Assembly: GCA_030704615.1 (NCBI GenBank)
Contig: CM060734.1
Coordinates: forward strand, 14,756,001-14,820,000
Reading direction: 5' to 3'
DNA from: Takakia lepidozioides
Taxonomy: Eukaryota; Plantae; Bryophyta
DNA length: 64,000 nucleotides
This document shows, in pieces, positions 36,001 through 48,474 of this stretch. The notes beneath the pieces are model-generated. The model ran no database searches. It saw only the letters and a program-made list of their open reading frames with translations, and had not been told where the DNA came from. The position numbers were made by a program, and so were the translations under genes. Position 1 is the first letter of the stretch, and each line of letters begins with the position of its first letter.

Positions 36001-39000
36001 GTCAGAGCAAGGGAGTGGAGGGTGTAGGGATAGGTCAAGAGACCAGTGGGCATTTGGACACTAGGAGATGCAGAAGTGAGGTTGATGAGGTCAGGGAGAT
36101 GGACATGGAACAGGAAGGAAACAAGGTAGAGGATGAGGTTGGGCGTTCCCTATCCTATGATACACGGGCAGCAAGTCAAAAAAGTATTTACTTTGATGCA
36201 ATGACAAGTGAGGAGGATGAAGGGGAAGGGCAAGCAAATTCTTCAGGTGATGACAACGATGATCTGAGTCCGAACTGGGGTAAGAGTAGTCCGATTGGTA
36301 TTCCAGGGGCACACTCAAGTTCAAACACCCTGTTCACAGTGGTCAGGGATGAGGGCACCCTCTGGCCTCTCTCAGAATCATTGCCAGATGTAAGGTACCC
36401 ATCTGCAGGTGGGCAAATGTCTAATGTTCAGACTAGTTTGAGTCGCTCAGTGGGTTCAGAGCCACTGTCACATAGGCAAGCAGATGCAGTTGGAAGGGGC
36501 TCATCCTCTGAGAGAGTCTTGAGGAGTCCTCTGGAGGGCCCAAATGGGCAGAGAGAGGGCTTGAGTCGATCTGAGGTTGAGAAGGGTGTTGAAATTACAG
36601 GAGCTTCAGGGAGATCAGGGTATGAATCAGACGGGGAGGCTCCAGATGGAGGAGAGGCTACAACAGCTGAAACTGGTATCTTTCTCTTGCTCTCTCTTCC
36701 TCCACCCCGACATAAAAAGTTTCTTCTGTCTCTCTGCTAGGGCTTCCTGTGACATAATACTTTCTTCTTCTCCTCTCGCTGCTAGAGGATCTTTGAAAAT
36801 GTCGCTAAAGGCTTCCTTGCACCAACAAGTGACGGGCTTCATGAGAAGTTTTCCAGACAGCCAAGGCATCAGTGGGTTGGTTTACTGGTAATGTTTGCTT
36901 TCTCTGTAGTCATACCTTCCTGTAAGAGCTTCCTTGCATATGGGTTTTTAAAATGGTATGCCTGCCATCAGTAAGTCAGCTCCCAAGATCATCGTCCATG
37001 CAGGACCCGGTGGCTTTGGGAGGCCTTTCCTGCTCACCAATTCGAGGCTAAGTTTTTCAGATGTGTTTGCTAATGAACAGTGATACCTGCAGGATTTGAA
37101 CTTTCTCTATGTAGGCATCTTCTGAAGTAGCGAATGGGAAGGGAGGAGGCATCCAAAGTGTTTGCCACAACAAAGATATCTTATGATGAGTTTCGTAGTG
37201 CTGGGGCATCTATCGTCACAAACGATAAATTAGTGGTTCGAGTTGGGGGGCACTACTATCCATGGAGTGCAGCAGCTCCATTGGTGCTCGGGATACTTGC
37301 TTTTGGGCAGGTTGTCATGAAGGAAATAGAGGGCGCCATCCCTGTGGAGCACCCTGACCCCTCTGCCAACAGTAAAGCAGGAGCTGGCACCTTGGTTCCC
37401 ACAGCTAGTGGGGGATGGAAGTTGTGGCCCTTCCCTCTACGTCGACCTAAAACCCCCGAACAGAGGATTATCAATCCGACTGTTTCCAGGGAGGCATTAT
37501 TGGTTGCAGTTGGGGAAGCCATGGAAAGCCCTTTTGTGAATGACTTGCTCTTACAGAACGGCTACTACAAGCGCCCATGGAAGCACAAAGTGCGAACAAT
37601 AATTCCTAGTTCAAAAATGTTGTCCACAATGAAGCTTAAGGAGGGCAGTAACCAAATCACATTCACCTTTTTCACCCGAATGCTGGGCCGGCAGCAGGTT
37701 TGTGGCATAACATGCCTAATACCATACCCTGTCTGCGATTGCGTTCCATAATTGTGCTGGGGTTGGATGGGAGTTAAGGAAGTGGTATGCTGAAGTTTTT
37801 CTGCAATGTGTCAAGCGCAGTTGTGGCACTTATTTCGATGCTTTTGGATCCAGGTTGATGCTCAAATCTATCTTTGGAAGTGGAACACACGCATAGTCAT
37901 CTCCGATGTCGATGGTACTATCACAAAGTAAGTTCTGTCATTCATCATTTCTTCCAATGCAAAACACTTTGTTCAATGGGCAATTTACTCTTCATGCCCA
38001 TGTAGAGAAAGTCATTGCTGTTTGTTTGTTTTACCATACTCCTCCCCAAATATGATATTCTATTCAAAGACAGCTGAGCCCTGAATTGATGTGTTTAGCT
38101 CTGTAAGAAATGCAGTTTTGATACTGGTTGCCATCTAGTCATAGTTCTTGCCAATATTTGCTAGCCAACTTGAGTTAGAGTTAGGTGACCTTCCTGGGAA
38201 TGGAAGGTTGTGACATGGCGTGTTTGTCGCATTTGTCTTGTCCTTAGGCTTTCCTCCCCAGACTTCCTCAATGTCACCTCCATGTTCTGGCTGCCTGCTG
38301 GTGGTGTGGTCAGGCAAGGTCTGATGACCGCTGAGGTTTGAGTTATGACTGCTGTGGGGGGCATCTTTCTGAAGATTTTTGTACGGGTGTGCTGCTCAAT
38401 GGTCCACATGTCTTTACAACTAATTAAAAGCTAACAAAATTTACAAGCTAGAGTTGTTTTAGGATTTTCGTCTTTGTACATGTTCACAGCATCCCACGGT
38501 TTGCTGGTTCACATGAAAAGAATGGGGAGTACACTACTGTTTTTGGCATGTGTGAACAGATTCCGGCGGGTTTATTTGCTGATTCATGCTTGAGTTGCAG
38601 ATCAGATGTGTTGGGCCAGGTGATGCCATTGGTGGGCAAGGATTGGACACAGTCTGGAGTTGCCCGCCTGTTCTCTGCTATCAAGGTGCATCATCCTCCT
38701 AGAGATGGTCCTTGGAAGATTTGTGAAAGTTGCCGTCCTCACTGAGGGCTCATTCGAGTGAGGGCAAGTGTGGGGGAAAAAGTCAGGGGATGAATTCATA
38801 CAAGTGTGCTGCTAAATGAAGCGATATGGTTTTGTTCTCCACTAACAAACTCTTTGAAGGGCAATCACATGGTGCTGTCACTTAGTCTGCTCTACAATGC
38901 ATGTTTGGAAAACATCCTTACCTTCCTGAGGCACCAAGATGCAAGAGCTGCTTGTGATTGTGCCACAGGAAAATGGGTATGAGCTGATGTTCTTGAGTGC

Positions 39001-41391
39001 ACGCGCAATCTCCCAGGCATATCTCACCCGCCAATTTCTGCTCAATCTCAAGCAGGTGCACTGCTGCCCTTGACTAACAGCAGTCAGGATTCTGCTATGT
39101 GGTCTCTCTGAGAATGGCCTCTATGTTCTTAGTGCATCCATGCTATTCTTATACCTGCTTGAGAGATGGCTCGGTTGGCAATATGTAGCTGGTTTGTGGA
39201 CACAACCTTGGAACACTTGCAAGGACAACCAGCAATTTTCTAGAAGTGAAAACTATGTGGCACAGAATGTACACTGCTTGTAACAATGGAGTACTGTCAG
39301 TGGCGGACCAATACACAGGGTGTACAGATTAAGAGTGTTGTCTCCTTTCTGAAATTGCATGGAAATTGTTTGTTTGCAGGACGGTGAGGCACTTCCGGAT
39401 GGGCCAGTAGTCATCTCTCCAGATGGACTCTTTCCCTCTCTCTATCGTGAGGGTGTGTCTCTGTTTCCTCTTGCTTATTCATACATGCTACTCATCCACC
39501 TGTGATAATTGAGCCTTACATTCCTTTCTCCTTATGTTGCTCACCGTCAACCCATACACACCTTGATTGCCTATTGTTCTGCATATATAAAAGCTAATGG
39601 CATGGTCTGTCATCCTGTAAATTTCCATGTATTATTGGGGACTGCATTTACCTCCATTATTGGTCGGTCTCTGGGCTCTAAGACAGCCCGTATGTCATTT
39701 TATGTTCTTTGGTTAATATATCCTCAGTTTGAAAGAAGATCCCGAACTGTTTCCATGGTTTAAAAATATGTTCTCAATAGTTCCAACATTGTTGGTCTTT
39801 TTTAGTCAAAGAAGATTGCTGTGGTGGTACCAATTTTGCTTGAAACACTACCACATGCCTCAGCATGTTTCCCGCGACACTTATGTTCATCCTTGATTTG
39901 CACCAATAATTATCTAGCATAAATTGCCTCACCAACCTACAGATCTGCTCACAGTTTTTTGCGGTGATGCAGTTATACGCCGGGCTCCCCATGAGTTCAA
40001 AATTGCATGTCTTCAGGTAATGGCTCTTACATAGCAAGCTCACATACGTTAATGAGCTGGATAATTGTGAAGTGGTTGCTGTACCTGCCAGGTTGGGTTG
40101 AGGAGTCCGTTGCATGATAACCATATTCTGTACCACCTACAGTCAAGCAATTCATACCTCGGACCTCTTGTATTATGTTAGATAGCAAAATGTTTTAATG
40201 GCATGTGCAGTGGTATGCAGTGCGTCTGCAGAGCTATCTTTGTCCACAGACTCAGACCATCCTGAGAGGCATGAACTGGTTTACATCTTGCAGGACATCA
40301 GGTCTCTGTTTCCAGAAGATTGCAACCCATTCTATGCGGGCTTTGGGAACCGTGACACAGATGAGATCAGCTATCTCAAAATTGGGATTCCGAAGGGAAA
40401 AATCTTCATCATCAACCCCAAGGTGAAAACTTCCTTACATTAGTGTCTTCGTCCTGGGATAATTGGCTATCCTGCACAATGATTCCTAGCTTCCGACCTT
40501 GTTCGATGGTATTATATGTTTATGTTTAAATGACTTAATGTGAGAAAGTCTTGGGAGGTGGTTCTATCTCCAGTCTAACTCCTGGACTGAATCTTTGTAT
40601 CATGCTAGACTTCACTAGGCCTCCTAGCCTGAAGAATTTTCAAAGCTATGGATGCCCCTCCACTATTCCTGTGTCTTTCTATTTATTTCACTCTAACTTG
40701 TGGTGGAATGTAGGGAGAAGTGGCAGTGAACAACCGGGTGGATGTGAAGACATATACGTCACTACATAAGTTGGTGGATGATATGTTTCCAGCCATGATC
40801 CATACTGAACAGGTGATTCACAACACTTGCTTTAGTCCAGCTTATCACCCAGCCACTCACTTATCTTACTTCTGTCATAACATTGCTTACCTCTTTTCTG
40901 TGCCCCTAACTCTTTAAGCTTTGATGACAGCTTTGAGTTGAAGTTTTCCTGTAGATGACTTGTGTATGTATTATGGCTAGAATATCTCGAAGTGAGTTGA
41001 AGTTGGATGCCAAATCTTGCCTTAAATGACTTAAATCTGGCTACGCATCAAAGATTCCATATGAAGGGCTTTTTCCTTAGGAACCAACGCACTGGACTTC
41101 GCTATTGACCAAGTTCCAGAAGAGTCCACAGTGGGCTTTGCTCCAGCAATGGTGTTGGAATTGTTGTTATCGTAGCGAGACGTCTCTGGCTCTTGATGGG
41201 TGGTGCTACAATCATGGCAGGAGGACTACAACTCGTGGAACTTCTGGAAGCTGCCAGTCCCTGAGATTGAGAACGACTTGATAGAGAAAAGGTTTGTGGC
41301 GGCCCTTTCCTTGATGCGAATTTACTTTTTGGCATCTTATTGCAGTGTTTGTGTTGGGAAGATTGTACTCATAAGACGTTGTTTGCCGTAG
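30019..41391 (+). CDS. PAH1: Lipin / Mg-dependent phosphatidate phosphatase (PAH1/PAH2-like), 11 exons, 1968 codons, one in-frame TAG
   Basis: Exons 30019-30516, 32634-36675, 37093-37697, 37854-37927, 38601-38685, 38969-39055, 39380-39452, 39973-40016, 40294-40422, 40714-40812, 41221-41391; all GT-AG and phase-compatible (5907 nt). [44 protein letters not shown] motif [46 protein letters not shown] at 37128-37130. PAH1 vs PAH2 orthology cannot be resolved. Confidence 0.93.
31070..31965 (-). mobile_element. 5'-truncated LINE (family X, copy 1) in lipin intron 1
   Basis: Post-RT region and [11 protein letters not shown] zinc-finger tail; 13-bp TSD GCATTGGAAAGAA (31057-31069, 31966-31978). Confidence 0.9.
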
Positions 41392-42367
41392 CCTTGTGGC
41401 CATTGACCCCGCGCCCAGTTTGAGCGGGAACAAAAGGGACAACCTACCTCTGTCAGGGCTGACGTTGGTAGTAAGACTTACCTCCATATAAAGAATTAAT
41501 CCGGGTTTTCCAGATATCCTCTAGAAATCCCTTCACACAAGCATCAATCTGCTGTGTGTGATTTGCCCAAAAACTAGGCCTCAGGAGGGCCTGGGCTTTT
41601 GGCTCAGCCTCGAGACTTTCAAAGTTGGTAAACAGGGGTACAGGCACAATTCCCTTAATAGATTTGAAGAGAGCGTCTCTTTGGTGAGAGAACCCCGGAC
41701 AGTGTATCAGAAAATGAATACTGTCTTCAGATTGCCCACACAACGGGCAATTGCACTCTCCCTTTCCTCTCTGCTTTCTGTTTGCTGTTCAAAGGTAGGC
41801 TTCCTGCCCTGAGTTTAAATTTCAGTCTAGTGCCGAGAGTGGGTAGACCCTTGAGGTCATCCAAGATGTCCTCCCCCATGTCACAGACTGGAAACAAGTT
41901 CAGGGAAGTTTTCTGCCTAACTTCATTTTCATCAGACAATCTCATGGCAACAGACATGGCTGAGGACACTACAGCCTCTAAGTCAGATTTATCCAGCAGG
42001 GTCAAGACTTGCGGATCCAGGTCCAGGTCCTTGAGGATCTCTTCTACTCTCTTCTGCCAGGACTTAGCCTGTTTGACAGGGCGGTCCTGTTTCCAAGATA
42101 TAGAGTCGATTAATTTAGGATATCTGGTGTTGGGCATATGTTGCAGCTGACCCCACCATCTGACCTTGAATTCATCTCGTCAGGAGCTTAAGGACGGAAT
42201 GCCAAACTCACCCCGAACAGCCACATTGGCTGTTTTGGAGCATGCTGACATACACTCCTTAAGCACCCCCACTTGAATGGATTCTAGAGACTTAGCCTGG
42301 TTGGAGTTATCAACCCATATAGCAGATCCGTACTCCAAGGCAGGTCTAATAACGCGACAAAGCATGG
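41363..42367 (-). mobile_element. 5'-truncated LINE (family X, copy 2) at the lipin 3' end
   Basis: IRPALEYGSAIW...AVRGEFG (non-LTR RT C-terminal region) through CPLCGQSEDSIHFLIHCP; 13-bp TSD TGTGTTGGGAAGA (41350-41362, 42368-42380). Confidence 0.9.
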
Positions 42368-42443
42368 TGTGTTGGGAAGAGAAGAAATGGGAAGGGCTCA
42401 CAGAGGGTTTTGCAAGGAAGCGAGCCACATAGGTCGGGGACTA

Positions 42444-43019
42444 GGAATCATTAGATCCAAAAAGAACCTAATGGGCTTATCAGACTAGAACGTGTAACAC
42501 ACTGCATCTGGATGATAGCCCAACTGGTACAATAGATTCCCAGTTTTGAGGCAATCGAAGGTTAATGAATGCAGGTTGAGCAGTAGACACACATGGTCGC
42601 AGTTTGCCGAGATGATGTGTATTACTCCGATGGGATGAGATGCTCAGAGGGTGTTAGATAATATCCCATTGCTTGCCTTTACACCCTGCAGATATGAACC
42701 TTCAAAGTTTATAATACCCTGGGTAGAAAGGGAATCATTAGATCCAACAAGAACCTAATGGGCTTATCAGACTAGAACGTGTAACACACTGCATCTAGAT
42801 GATAGCCCAACTGGTACAACAGATTCCCAGTTTTGAGGCAATCGAGGGTTAATGAAAGCAGGTTGAGCAGTAGACACACATGGTCGCAGTTTGCTGAGAT
42901 GATGTGTATTACTCCCATGGGATGAGATGCTCAGAGGGTGTAGAGAATATCTTGTTGCTTGCCTTTACACCCTGCAGATATGAACCTTCAAAGTTTATAG
43001 TACCTTGGGTAGAAAGGGA
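42444..43019. repeat. Tandem duplication, 287-bp period, 2 copies
   Basis: GGAATCATTAGATCCAA at 42444 and 42731; near-identical units. Confidence 0.9.
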
Positions 43020-44879
43020 TATGGTGATTTGTGTTTACTTAATGCATAGTGCAAGCTTGGAAAACTCTATCCTTACATGGTGTGTTCAGCCATCTGCCTT
43101 TCTCGATCTGGAGAGCCTCTGAAAGTCCCTAGGGTCTGAATGATACACAGAAAGGGGAGCTTATGGAACCACAAACAACTTCAAGGGTTAGGTTGTCAAA
43201 CTCAAAACACAGACACGGAGGGAGAAAAGAGAAGGATCTTGTATTACTGAGGCACCCAGTAGCAACATGCATGGGATCAGTGAATCATATATCAGGCTAA
43301 GAAGGTAGGTTTATAGTATGGAAAGAGGGTGGAGTGTTGGTAAAATTGGTGACTCAGGGCTGGTATGTGTGGTTCTTGTTTGCAGTGTTGGCGGTGCAAG
43401 CTCCAAAAAGGGGTAAACATCATGCAGGAGGCATCTGGGGGAAGTGCAAACTGCTCCCTTAGACTCGGTTTCACCACACAGCACTGAGAGAGGCGAAATG
43501 GACCTCCCCATAGGCTGGAAACATGTACAGCAGGTATGACCACTTCCGTACGTTGGTCTGATCCAGGACTTGTAGAAATTTGTAGAGTAAATTGGGGTCA
43601 TCTATACATTGATTGTGGAGGAAAGCAGCAAGGTGGGGAAGTGGATATTGTCTGGCACTCCTTTCCCCTTAGAGAAGTCTGGGAGATGATTCATTGGATT
43701 GATTCTCACTTAGAGACCATACAATTTGATTAAACTGTCCACTGTGGTTTGTTGAATGGTGGCAGTTGCTGTGTGGGTTCTCCTTGGGCTATTTTTGTGG
43801 GGTTTTTCCCTTGCACAGGCTGGTTTTAGTAATTCACGATTTTTATGATTGATGGAGAAGCTTAATAAGTAGTTAGTGTACCACTAAGAAGCTGAGATTT
43901 GATGTTGCTCTTTAGACAAACTTTCAAATGGAACTCACTAGCTAGAGAGGCGAGGAAGTTGATAAGATGTGAAAATGGTTCATGTCAGCACCAGGGTATG
44001 TCCACTTTTAAATACCAGACTGGTCCTGGTATGAAGGGTCCCACCCTGGTAGTACAGATTACAACTAGCTGCACTAACATACACTCATGCCTAGCTCCAT
44101 CCACCATGAACTTACGCCTCGGCAAACAAATGTCCAAGCTATGTGCCTCTCACGGTCGCTATATTGGCCTCATTTAATGACAGATTTACCCAGTTATGGC
44201 ACAGATTCTCTACCTCAAACCCACCTAGTCAGCTCACGCCAGCTAGGCAAGACTTTGCTACAGAAGCCTGCTGGCTTGCGAACCGCTGTCTGACCGAAAA
44301 ACCCCCCCGCCCCAAAAAAAAACCTCGCTCACCGGTGGGGGGGTTACTCTGGGAGGTAATTTGTTTTCTCCTTCAAGTTTCACTGCCCTCAAACTAACAC
44401 AAGCCCGCCGTAAACTGGTATGGGGACCATGCTATGCCTGTGTATACCCAGACTGGGTATGGGTTGGGTGAAACCCTAAAGATATACTCCCCCCAGTATG
44501 TGTATCACCAGAGTCCATTGGTTCATTCATATTCATTCATATCCGACTAGTATGTTCTTCGATGCATGTACTCATACCTGTAATCCATACCTTGGTTCAA
44601 CCAGGTATACCGGTCCAACACTCGTCAACACATACTTAAAACACCCTGGGCATGATAGACAATCCTTTCATCTTCATTGGAACCTAGCAGAAAACCTATC
44701 TTAGTCAGGGTTTTGACAACTTTGGAGATGCATAACTAGGCTCAATTTTAATTTGTGGATGAATGGTGGTGGGTAGCCTGGGTGTGCACTGATTTTCAAT
44801 TGTGCGGCACTAAAATAATTTTGTGATAATCATTAATTATTAAATCCACGACCGTGGAAATAAAAACATTATAATGCTT

Positions 44880-47762
44880 TTGTGGAACCCCTACCCTCAA
44901 ACGCCTAATATGCCCCATACTGAACCTGATAGTAACCTTTACATAGCATTAGCCCCCTCATCTGATATACCAGCCCCCCCCCACCAACTCCCAACTGAAT
45001 AACACAGCAGCCCACTCATCCCCCACACAACTTAAAACGACACCAATGCCTAGATCATCGAAGCTATAGTAGGGGTCAAAACCCAAACGTCAATGGACGC
45101 ATTTGGCGCCACCTGCATAGATACATACTACCACTGCAAATGGGCTGGGAATTCCTAGGAAGATAACACATGGCAGATTGAGGATGACCTATTTGGCTCC
45201 CGTGACGATTGTGACCCAGACCATAACCTGACCCTTCTCACCACCTTTCATAAACACACCAACACCGACTATCTAACACATATTCATCATCAACACACCA
45301 CCCCCACACAACCCACGGACAACCGCTACGTTCACAAACCGCTCTTCGCCCCCAACGTACATATTTGCATAACAGAATGCAATCCCGACAAAGATGTCAA
45401 GCATAACCAACCAATTATTCACATGGGCCCCCGCCTCTCCAATATATACGCTCCACACGGTCGCTTCATGGGGATCATCCCCAATAACCGACTCGCATGG
45501 TTATGGGATAAATACTCTGATACAAACACACACTTACACTCCCTCCAACCCCCGAAACAAGACTTTGTTACCGAAATATATTGGTTTGTTGACCGATACC
45601 TCAAGGACACCCTTCCCAAGAAACCACGATCCCTCGCCAGACTCGAAACGGCATGCGCACATCATACACTACCACAGGATATTCTTGCCTTACTTATCAA
45701 CACCTTCAGCTCACCCACTTGTATTATTCCAGCCCACTGACATGTTTGATGGAACTGAACACATTTTCCAGACCACACCATCGAGACTGTATTTTTGGAG
45801 CCACGGGTAGTGCTACTCAGCACATCTGGGAAGGCAGGGGCTTTGCCCACCCCCTAGCCCCCTTTCTCACGAAGCCCTCCACTGGGCACGATTTGCAGCT
45901 CACTCTTCCCCTCCACCCCCACAATCCTCATCCTCACACAGCAAAACACACCCAGTACCTCTCATCCTTTATTACGCCTTCCGGAAGGGGTCAACCTACT
46001 AGCCACAATCGATCCAAACCAACTTAAGTATGCTCATACCCCTCCTCTCCCCAAATACCTTAGACGGAAAAAACCTACCCTAACCCTGATCCTATATGTT
46101 CAGTACCCCCTACATATAGCCATACCGACACCCTTCTGTCACCAGCTCAAGCAGCTATTAACCATAACTCATATAAAATGAAGGCCACCATCTACTACCC
46201 AGATACACCCCTCCACACCCGCGCAACCACCACACCCTTCCGGATCAAAACAAACAAAGCCTGGGACATGGCGCAACCGCGCCCCTCCCAAGTAACACAA
46301 ACAACACCCCCTCCCCCCCTTCCTTTAATATATCAACAAAACACCACCCTCAAATATCCCCCAGCAAACTCACATTACACTGATGGATCCCTTACCAACC
46401 ATACTGCATGATATGGAATTTATCATGCCGGCAGCGGTAAGGGGGTTGCCCTCCGGCTCCCTGACCCTGCCACCATTCTACGATCGAAACTTATGGCCAT
46501 CCACGATGTTCTCTCCCTGCTCGTCGCCTTCCCCCCCCCCCATACTATATCTTCACCGACAGCCTCACCTCCCTATATCTTATTCGTAACCACGTCTCCC
46601 GCCCCTCTTCCCAACATCATCACCCCGACCGTAATCTTATTGCCGCCATTGTTCAAAAAGCCACCTCTATAAACCATCCAGTACATCTGCTCAAAGTCCG
46701 CTCACACACCGGTATCCATGGCAATTAGGAAGCAGACTCACTTGCTCAACTTGGTGCTTCCCAACCTTCTGACCACTTTGACCAAAGAAGCAAACAAACA
46801 AGCTGCCGCGTCCATTAGCCATACCAAAGTACACATACAAAAATGGACTCAATCCGCTATACTACACCATAAACTTTCCAACCACTTTTGGCTAACCAAA
46901 GTCACCACTGATGCACAAATCCGACAAACACTCAAATTCAGGTACGCCCAATACATGGGCCACCAACGCAAACACATCTTTTGGCCGCAAGGGACACCTG
47001 GCCGCATCTCCTCAGCCAATGTACGCACCCGATCATACATGGCCTGCATATCACGAGACATAACCAGGCAGTTTGGCACCTCCATAAGCTTTTTCCAAAG
47101 CGTGCTGAAACTCGATGGTTTTTTCTCATGAACGCTGGTACCTATCAAGGCCGGCCACCCGACCACACTGTACCACCATGGCTGCTACCATGCATATGTA
47201 CTCAACCACCATGCTCCTACCGAGCTAGGCTTTGCCCATACATACTCCTAGCCTACCCATCAACACTTTGCCTCCCACTTCCCCATCCCCACAACTCACC
47301 ATCCATTTTATTGAATTCACATTCTGCCATGATCACTACCCAAACGACTCGATCTTAGAAAAACGGAAAAAATATACCCCGTTCATCCTCGCGATCCGAA
47401 GACGGGGCTGGAAAATCGGCCCGCTAACCGTCATTACCGCCGGTACCCGAGGTGACATTCATAACGCCAGTATTAATAACATACACGATAATTTCCCAAT
47501 TCCCATCATACCCATTCACAAATGCTTCAAAGAAATTCATCTCACGGCACTCCGCTCACTCACAACTATTATTACCAACAAACGCTAGCTGGAATCCGGC
47601 ACCTCAACCGTCCCCTAGGTCCCCCAGGGTACCACTATCTCCCCCATTTTCAAAGGTCATCAGGTGTCCCACATGACACCCCCCTCGTTATGTTATGTAG
47701 GGCCCACCCCCGAATGGGGGCAGTAGCCACAAGGCGAAGTGGTTCTTAGAAGTGGTTCTTAG
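44880..47762 (+). mobile_element. 5'-truncated Dualen/RandI-like non-LTR retrotransposon (chromo-like, PCIF1-like, RNase H and RLE domains), decayed
   Basis: C/A-rich sense strand. RNase H: HYTDGS (~46372), YIFTDSLTSL, KVRSHTGIHGN*EADSLA. RLE: HLLSQC...RHNQAV, IHFIEFTFCHD...EKRKKY...AGTRG. 3' end GAAGTGGTTCTTA x2. RT not present in the fragment. Confidence 0.8.
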
Positions 47763-48474
47763 TTACGCCGGCTTCGGCCGGAGTCCTCTCTCTCTGCTTT
47801 TGTGGACCTGGAATTTGAGCTCCTACATAAAACTTCCACAAAATTATGTTTTGGCTCATAATGTTCCCAAGCTTGAGACCCACAAATTCCAATGTAGTGG
47901 TGCAGGGACTACCACGATGGCAAATTGTTGGTCTATCTTGCTTTCTCTTCTCCGGGCTATTTGGTATGGGTTTACATACAAATTAGCAATACTGTCAGGC
48001 AAGAATAATACTATCTGTAGGCCACTGCAGCTCTTTATATACCTCAGCTAGTATGGAGCGCTCTCTCTCTCCAGATTGTTACATGCAATTAGCCTCGTGA
48101 TGCTTCTTGGCCAAAAGACACTTCAAGGATGTTAATCCAGCTTCGTCTGCAAAGTGTGTAGTGGTGTAAAGCACTGGTTCTTGATTGCACTAGTTATTCA
48201 CTGTTTGCTATGTAGAGTTTGTGTCATGTATGTCTCCTTTTTAGTGAACTTGCAACCACTACATTTAACATGTGAGATAGATAGTGCCTGCACTCACCCG
48301 AAATCCAGGTGCAGGTGAAGACTTTTTAGAAAAGCTGGATCTCTCCGAGACTTTAGTGACAAGATAGGGGAATATTTAGAAATGCTACATGATCTATCGA
48401 TCATATCCTGTTCAATCTGATTATTATGGATTCCATCTGTCCAGAGAAGATCGGTTTTAAAATATAGTACTTAC

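Noticed and set aside
32628-36740. Stand-alone 1370-aa protein
   Set aside because: Bounded by phase-compatible AG (32633) and GT (36676) sites; it is exon 2 of the lipin gene.
37128-37130. U-to-C RNA editing repairing the lipin stop
   Set aside because: U-to-C stop removal is established only for organellar transcripts of hornworts, lycophytes and ferns; this is a spliceosomal nuclear gene.
43991-44649. hAT-type MITE (CCAGGGT...ACCCTGG)
   Set aside because: Only a 7-bp terminal match and no 8-bp TSD.
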